Assembly: GCA_965116925.1 (NCBI GenBank)
Contig: OZ220744.1
Span: forward strand, 3,648,001-3,712,000
Origin: Candidatus Poribacteria bacterium
GTDB lineage: Bacteria > Poribacteria > WGA-4E > PCPOR2b
DNA: 64,000 nucleotides
Direction: 5' to 3'
In this document: piece after piece, positions 59,368 through 64,000 of the stretch
Position numbering within the stretch: position 1 is the stretch's first letter
Layout: each line of letters opens with the position of its first letter
The notes under the pieces: model-generated
The model's input: the letters and a program-made list of their open reading frames with translations, nothing else
Databases searched by the model: none
What the model was told of the DNA's origin: nothing
Program-made: the position numbers and the translations under genes

Positions 59368-62300
59368 ATGACTTCAAACCTCACTCCAAAAGATCTAATT
59401 CTTTCTCCTGATGACCTCTCGCCGGAAGTGGTTAATCAAATACTTGGACCGTATGGGTTTCAGGATGTTCAAGGTGTAAATCGCCGCCTCAACAACTTAG
59501 CAGACGTTCCCCCATATCGCGAAGCGTTTGCCGCAATTGTCAGCCATTTGTTGAGTGCGTCGGCGGATTCGCCGGACCCGGATGCAGCACTAAACAATTT
59601 TGAGCGTTTTACTAACGTGACATTTGATCGGCTTTGGCTCTATCGCCTGTTGCATGATGCTCCTTTCCTTCTGAGAATATTATCAACCTGTTTTGGATCC
59701 AGTATCTATTTCTCAGATATCCTAGTGCGGAATCCTGAGTACTTTTACGACCTCATGGATGCTGGGTCGATGGGAGACCCGAAAGACCGTGAAACGATGT
59801 ATGGCGAACTGTCGCAAGCGGTGCAGCCGTTTGATCTGGCAGAGCAGAAGTTGAACGCGATTCGCGGCTATAAGCGGAAGGAGAGTTTACGACTGGGACT
59901 GCGCGATCTGCTAGGCGACGCCGATCTTGAAACAACAACGCGGGAGTTGACAAACCTCGCGGAGGCGGCACTACAAGTCTGCTATGAAATCGGTACAGAT
60001 GAACTTACCCCCAAAATGGGGGTCCCTTGGGGTGAACTCCCCAACGGCGAAAAGGTCCCGAGCACACTCACTGTAATAGCGATGGGCAAGTTTGGAGGAT
60101 ATGAGCTCAACTTCAGTTCGGATATCGATGTAATGTTCGTCTACTCACACGATGGGATAACCGATCAAGGCGTTGAGAATCAGGAATATTTTGCCAAACT
60201 CTGCGAATTTATCATCAACGGGATGAGCCAAGTCACCAAGGCGGGCTATGTTTTCCGTGTTGATGTCCGGCTGCGACCTGAAAGCCGGGTGGGCGTGATT
60301 GCCCGTTCCATCGACAGCTACGAAGCCTATTACGAGGGATGGGGTGAGATTTGGGAACGCCAAGCGTTAATCAAAGCTCGTGCTGTTGCCGGGGATCTTC
60401 AGTTAGGAGAGCAGTTTATTCGTACCATCCAGCCCTTTGTCTATCGTCGATACCTTGATGAATCCTCCATTACGGAGATAAAACTGGAGGTTCGCCAGAC
60501 AAAAGCACGGATTGAAAACCAAGTCCGGGAGCAGGGCGATGACCTGATGACGCATGTTAAACTCGGTATCGGCGGCATTCGTGATATCGAGTTTACCATC
60601 CAATGCCTTCAACTCATCCACGGGGGTCCCACCCCAGCATTGCGGAATTACAACTCGCTGCAAACTATCGATCTGTTGTACCACCATGGGGTGCTTGATC
60701 AGATGGATCGGGATATCCTCGCCGATGCCTACCGTTTCCTGCGGACGGTTGAGCATCGTATCCAGATGCTAGCCGATTTGCAGCGCTATTCTCTTCCTAC
60801 AAAGGAGCCGGAACTAATCAAACTTGCCAAGCGGATTGGGTATCAAGATAGCGAAGCTAGCTCTGCTTTAGAAGCGTTTGAGATGGACTATACGGTACAT
60901 ACAGATGCAGTTCGATCGATTTTTAGCAAGATTTTAACATCGCCGGTTTCAGATGGTGAAATAGGTATAGAAGCTGTGCTCATCGCCACTGAGCCAAGGG
61001 TGATACGGGACCTCCTGGAGCCCGTTGGGTTCGCTAATGCGCGAGAAGCCCATGGGCGGTTGAAGCGAATGGCGGAAGGGCCCAATGGTGTGCGATTTTC
61101 CCCGCATGTCCGCCGATTGTTTGTCGATCTTGCACCGACACTGCTGCGTTTGTTGAGTGAATCCCCCGACCCTGACACGGCACTTCATTACATCGAAACT
61201 TTCGCAAGCAAGGTCGGAGCACGTAGCGCGCACTACGCGATGTTCAACGAACAACCAACCACGCTTGAGTTATTGACCAAGCTATGTGGAACCAGTCGCT
61301 TCCTAGCTGAGTTACTCACCGGGCAGCCAGAATCCTTTGATGTGTTGACCGCCCCGGCGGTGATGGACCATCCCAAGACAGCATCCGACATCCGTATGGA
61401 GGCACTTCAGGAAATCGCAGATGGAACCCCGGATCAGATGTTTCAGGCATTAAGGCGGTATAAAAATAGCGAAGTCCTACGAATCGGTATGCGGAATATT
61501 CTGGGACAAGCGAACCTATGGGCTACGACGGCTGAGCTCTCCGATCTTGCGGAGGGGACCTTGCAGGCAATGTATTCCCATATCAACGCAGAATTGCAAA
61601 TCGAATATGGGAAGCCGCTGGAAGGAGGTAACAGTCAGAGGCAAACGGCTTCCACCGATGAAAAGACAGGGGTGGATCTGCCTTTGGCAAGGTTCGCCGT
61701 GATTGGCATGGGGAAATTTGGCGGGCGGGAACTCAACTTCAGCGCAGATCTCGATTTGATGCTTGTCTACTCCGCTGAAGGCGAAACAACGCAGGGCATG
61801 TCCAACGCCGATTATTTTAGCAGACTCGGATTGGAACTAGTCAATCGGATGAAGGGGAATACGGGAGGCGGTGGAATCTATGAGCTCGATCTGCGACTCC
61901 GTCCATTTGGCTCAGGTGGATCGATTGCATTGTCTCTGGAAGGCTACCAGAATTACTACGAAAAAGACGCGGAGACGTGGGAGCGTCAGGCACTGATCCG
62001 TGCCCGGCCCGTTGCTGGGGATGTCGAATTAGGCCAAGAGTTTATTAAACAAGCGTATACCTTTGCCTACAGTCAACCGCTAACCGCTGAACAGATTGCT
62101 CATATTATCCACAATCGGCAGCGCAAAGAAGCGCAAACGACGCGTCCAACGTTTACTTCAGCTACCGCACGCCGCCGGAGACGCAGAAGAAAACAGCAGA
62201 TCGACGTGAAATCTGGATATGGGGGACTCATCGATATCGAATTTGTCGCTCAAACGCTTCAGTTAATGCACGGTACGACACACCCACAAGTGCGGGTGCA

Positions 62301-62583
62301 GAACACTGTTGAAGCGATTCACAGGCTGCATGAAATTGGGGCTTTGAACCGAGATCAACGGGAACAGCTGCTCCTTGCGTATGAATTTCTGAGGAATGTG
62401 GAGAACAGCTTGCGAATCGTTCATGACCGACCGCTGGACGCTTTACCGGATAAAACTCCTGAGTTGGAGCAGCTTGCTAAACGACTCGGTTACGAAGATG
62501 GGACACAGCAATTTTTGAAGGACTACCATTGGTGCACGGAAACCACACGGACGTTGTTTAATCAATTGTTGAATACACAGTAA
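59368..62583 (+). CDS. glnE: Bifunctional glutamine synthetase adenylyltransferase/deadenylylase
   Basis: Duplicated MGKFGG.ELNFS.D.D, D.RLRP, WERQALI.AR, GG..DIEF motifs. Confidence 0.96.
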   Translation: MTSNLTPKDLILSPDDLSPEVVNQILGPYGFQDVQGVNRRLNNLADVPPYREAFAAIVSHLLSASADSPDPDAALNNFERFTNVTFDRLWLYRLLHDAPFLLRILSTCFGSSIYFSDILVRNPEYFYDLMDAGSMGDPKDRETMYGELSQAVQPFDLAEQKLNAIRGYKRKESLRLGLRDLLGDADLETTTRELTNLAEAALQVCYEIGTDELTPKMGVPWGELPNGEKVPSTLTVIAMGKFGGYELNFSSDIDVMFVYSHDGITDQGVENQEYFAKLCEFIINGMSQVTKAGYVFRVDVRLRPESRVGVIARSIDSYEAYYEGWGEIWERQALIKARAVAGDLQLGEQFIRTIQPFVYRRYLDESSITEIKLEVRQTKARIENQVREQGDDLMTHVKLGIGGIRDIEFTIQCLQLIHGGPTPALRNYNSLQTIDLLYHHGVLDQMDRDILADAYRFLRTVEHRIQMLADLQRYSLPTKEPELIKLAKRIGYQDSEASSALEAFEMDYTVHTDAVRSIFSKILTSPVSDGEIGIEAVLIATEPRVIRDLLEPVGFANAREAHGRLKRMAEGPNGVRFSPHVRRLFVDLAPTLLRLLSESPDPDTALHYIETFASKVGARSAHYAMFNEQPTTLELLTKLCGTSRFLAELLTGQPESFDVLTAPAVMDHPKTASDIRMEALQEIADGTPDQMFQALRRYKNSEVLRIGMRNILGQANLWATTAELSDLAEGTLQAMYSHINAELQIEYGKPLEGGNSQRQTASTDEKTGVDLPLARFAVIGMGKFGGRELNFSADLDLMLVYSAEGETTQGMSNADYFSRLGLELVNRMKGNTGGGGIYELDLRLRPFGSGGSIALSLEGYQNYYEKDAETWERQALIRARPVAGDVELGQEFIKQAYTFAYSQPLTAEQIAHIIHNRQRKEAQTTRPTFTSATARRRRRRRKQQIDVKSGYGGLIDIEFVAQTLQLMHGTTHPQVRVQNTVEAIHRLHEIGALNRDQREQLLLAYEFLRNVENSLRIVHDRPLDALPDKTPELEQLAKRLGYEDGTQQFLKDYHWCTETTRTLFNQLLNTQ

Positions 62584-62599
62584 TCTGGCTACCGGTCTC

Positions 62600-63391
62600 T
62601 CAAAATAATCCACGTGCTGCTCCCCCATCCACTGACATAATCTGTCCAGTGATGTGCCTAGCCTGTTCGCTGCATAGAAAGGCGACAAGTGCCCCCAAAT
62701 CCTCCGCCTCACCCATCCGACCGATAACAGAGGTTTGAGCTGTCTCTGCTTCAATTTCTGCATAGTTTCTATTCTGTGCTGCCGCTGTTCGCTGTATCAG
62801 TTCTTCACCGAGCGGTGTCCGAAACGGTCCAGGACAAACGGTATTGACCAGAATCCCCGCATGCCCCAGTTCGTTGGCGAGCGACTTGCTCAACGCTGCC
62901 ACGCCTGCCCGAAAAACGCTGGAGATCAGGTAAGGTGTACCGGGTTCTCTGACAGCAATACTGGTGATGTGCACGATGCGTCCCCAATGCACCTGCCGCA
63001 TGTGCGGAATGACCAAGCGGCAGAGCCGAATCACCGGGAGCAAAACACCTTCATAGCCACCCTGCCAGTCTATATCCGCTAAGTCTGAGAAGGCACCCAT
63101 CTGCGGGTGTCCAACGTTGGTAACGAGAATATCAACGGTCCCAAATTCGTCCACACTCTTTTCTACCAGTCGTTCAATGTCTCTTTCTCTTGTGAGATCA
63201 CAAACCACGGGCAACACCCGTGAGCCGCTTTCGGCGCGTATTGTTGACGCTGCTTCATTGAGTGCCTGCTCGTTGCGGGCACAGACAACCACGTCTGCGC
63301 CCGCGTGAGCCAACGCCATTGCGCTCGCCTTCCCTAAGCCCTTGCTCGCCGCACAGACGATGGCAACCTTTTGATTCAATCCCAAGTCCAT
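62600..63391 (-). CDS. SDR family oxidoreductase (FabG-like)
   Basis: AASKGLG, DILVTN, NTVCPG, VDGG. Confidence 0.9.
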   Translation of the reverse strand: MDLGLNQKVAIVCAASKGLGKASAMALAHAGADVVVCARNEQALNEAASTIRAESGSRVLPVVCDLTRERDIERLVEKSVDEFGTVDILVTNVGHPQMGAFSDLADIDWQGGYEGVLLPVIRLCRLVIPHMRQVHWGRIVHITSIAVREPGTPYLISSVFRAGVAALSKSLANELGHAGILVNTVCPGPFRTPLGEELIQRTAAAQNRNYAEIEAETAQTSVIGRMGEAEDLGALVAFLCSEQARHITGQIMSVDGGAARGLF

Positions 63392-63550
63392 GGATGTACC
63401 CTCCTTTTATGTCCTTTTACGTTTGAGTATAGCGCGAAATGCTGTATGAATCAAGTGCTAAAAACATCAAGAGACGATTGATCAATTCCCAAAAACATGG
63501 TACGATTGACGAATTAAGAGGACTTTCATATCAATCGGGGAGGTACTGAA

Positions 63551-64000
63551 ATGGCAGGACAGGTAGAAGATAAAGTTGCTCTGGTAACGGGTGGAAGTTC
63601 CGGGATCGGTCGGGCAACTGCGCTGACTTTGGCAAGCGAAGGGGCAACAGTCGTTGTCGCTGATCTCAATGTTTCGGGTGGTGAAGAGACCGTGCACCTG
63701 ATTCAGGGTGCCGGTGGAGAAGGTATCTTTGTGGAGGCGGATGTGTCAAAGGCTGAATCAGTTGAGGCAATGGTCAATAGGACGATCGAAACCTACGGCC
63801 GTTTGGACTGTGCCTTCAATAATGCCGGTGTCGGCAGAGGGGGCAGCACGGTGGACTGTACAGAGGAGGACTGGGAATTTACCATCAAAGTCAATCTCAC
63901 AGGCGTCTGGCTGTGCATGAAGTACGAAATTGCCCAGATGCTCAAACAATCTAGCGGTTCCATTGTAAATACGGCGTCTGCATACGGACTCGCCGCCGCC
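63551..64000 (+). CDS. SDR family oxidoreductase, runs off the window edge
   Basis: Manual translation MAGQVEDKVALVTGGSSGIG...DCAFNNAG...IVNTAS; GGAGG RBS. Confidence 0.92.
   Translation, partial: MAGQVEDKVALVTGGSSGIGRATALTLASEGATVVVADLNVSGGEETVHLIQGAGGEGIFVEADVSKAESVEAMVNRTIETYGRLDCAFNNAGVGRGGSTVDCTEEDWEFTIKVNLTGVWLCMKYEIAQMLKQSSGSIVNTASAYGLAAA

Overview
Bacterial chromosomal window dominated by catabolic paralogue families (3 enolase-superfamily, 3 PhyH-type dioxygenases, 2 Gfo/Idh/MocA, 2 CE7 esterases, sulfatase, GH127-like, UxuA, LarA-like, SDRs). It also carries housekeeping genes (thiE/thiD, hemE/hemH, kdsB, pyrG, aroB, glnE), an Fe3+ ABC operon with a consensus promoter and Fur-like box, and NHL/PD40 repeat proteins. 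This gene mix and the C-terminal 'GKWITLWGQMK' motif suggest Candidatus Poribacteria (inference only). Intergenic spaces are crowded with several families of non-autonomous TIR elements (MITEs) and GTAG REP-like hairpins, often nested; no transposase or recombinase gene is in the window. The most striking signal lies in an accessory islet between kdsB and pyrG. A HEPN-MNT toxin-antitoxin pair there has its HEPN gene interrupted, just before the RYP motif, by a frame-preserving insert: perfect 15-bp inverted repeats around a 24-bp core with three in-frame stops. Inverting the core removes all stops and restores a full-length ORF, making it a candidate intragenic invertible ON/OFF switch. Product calls come from motif recognition, not database searches.
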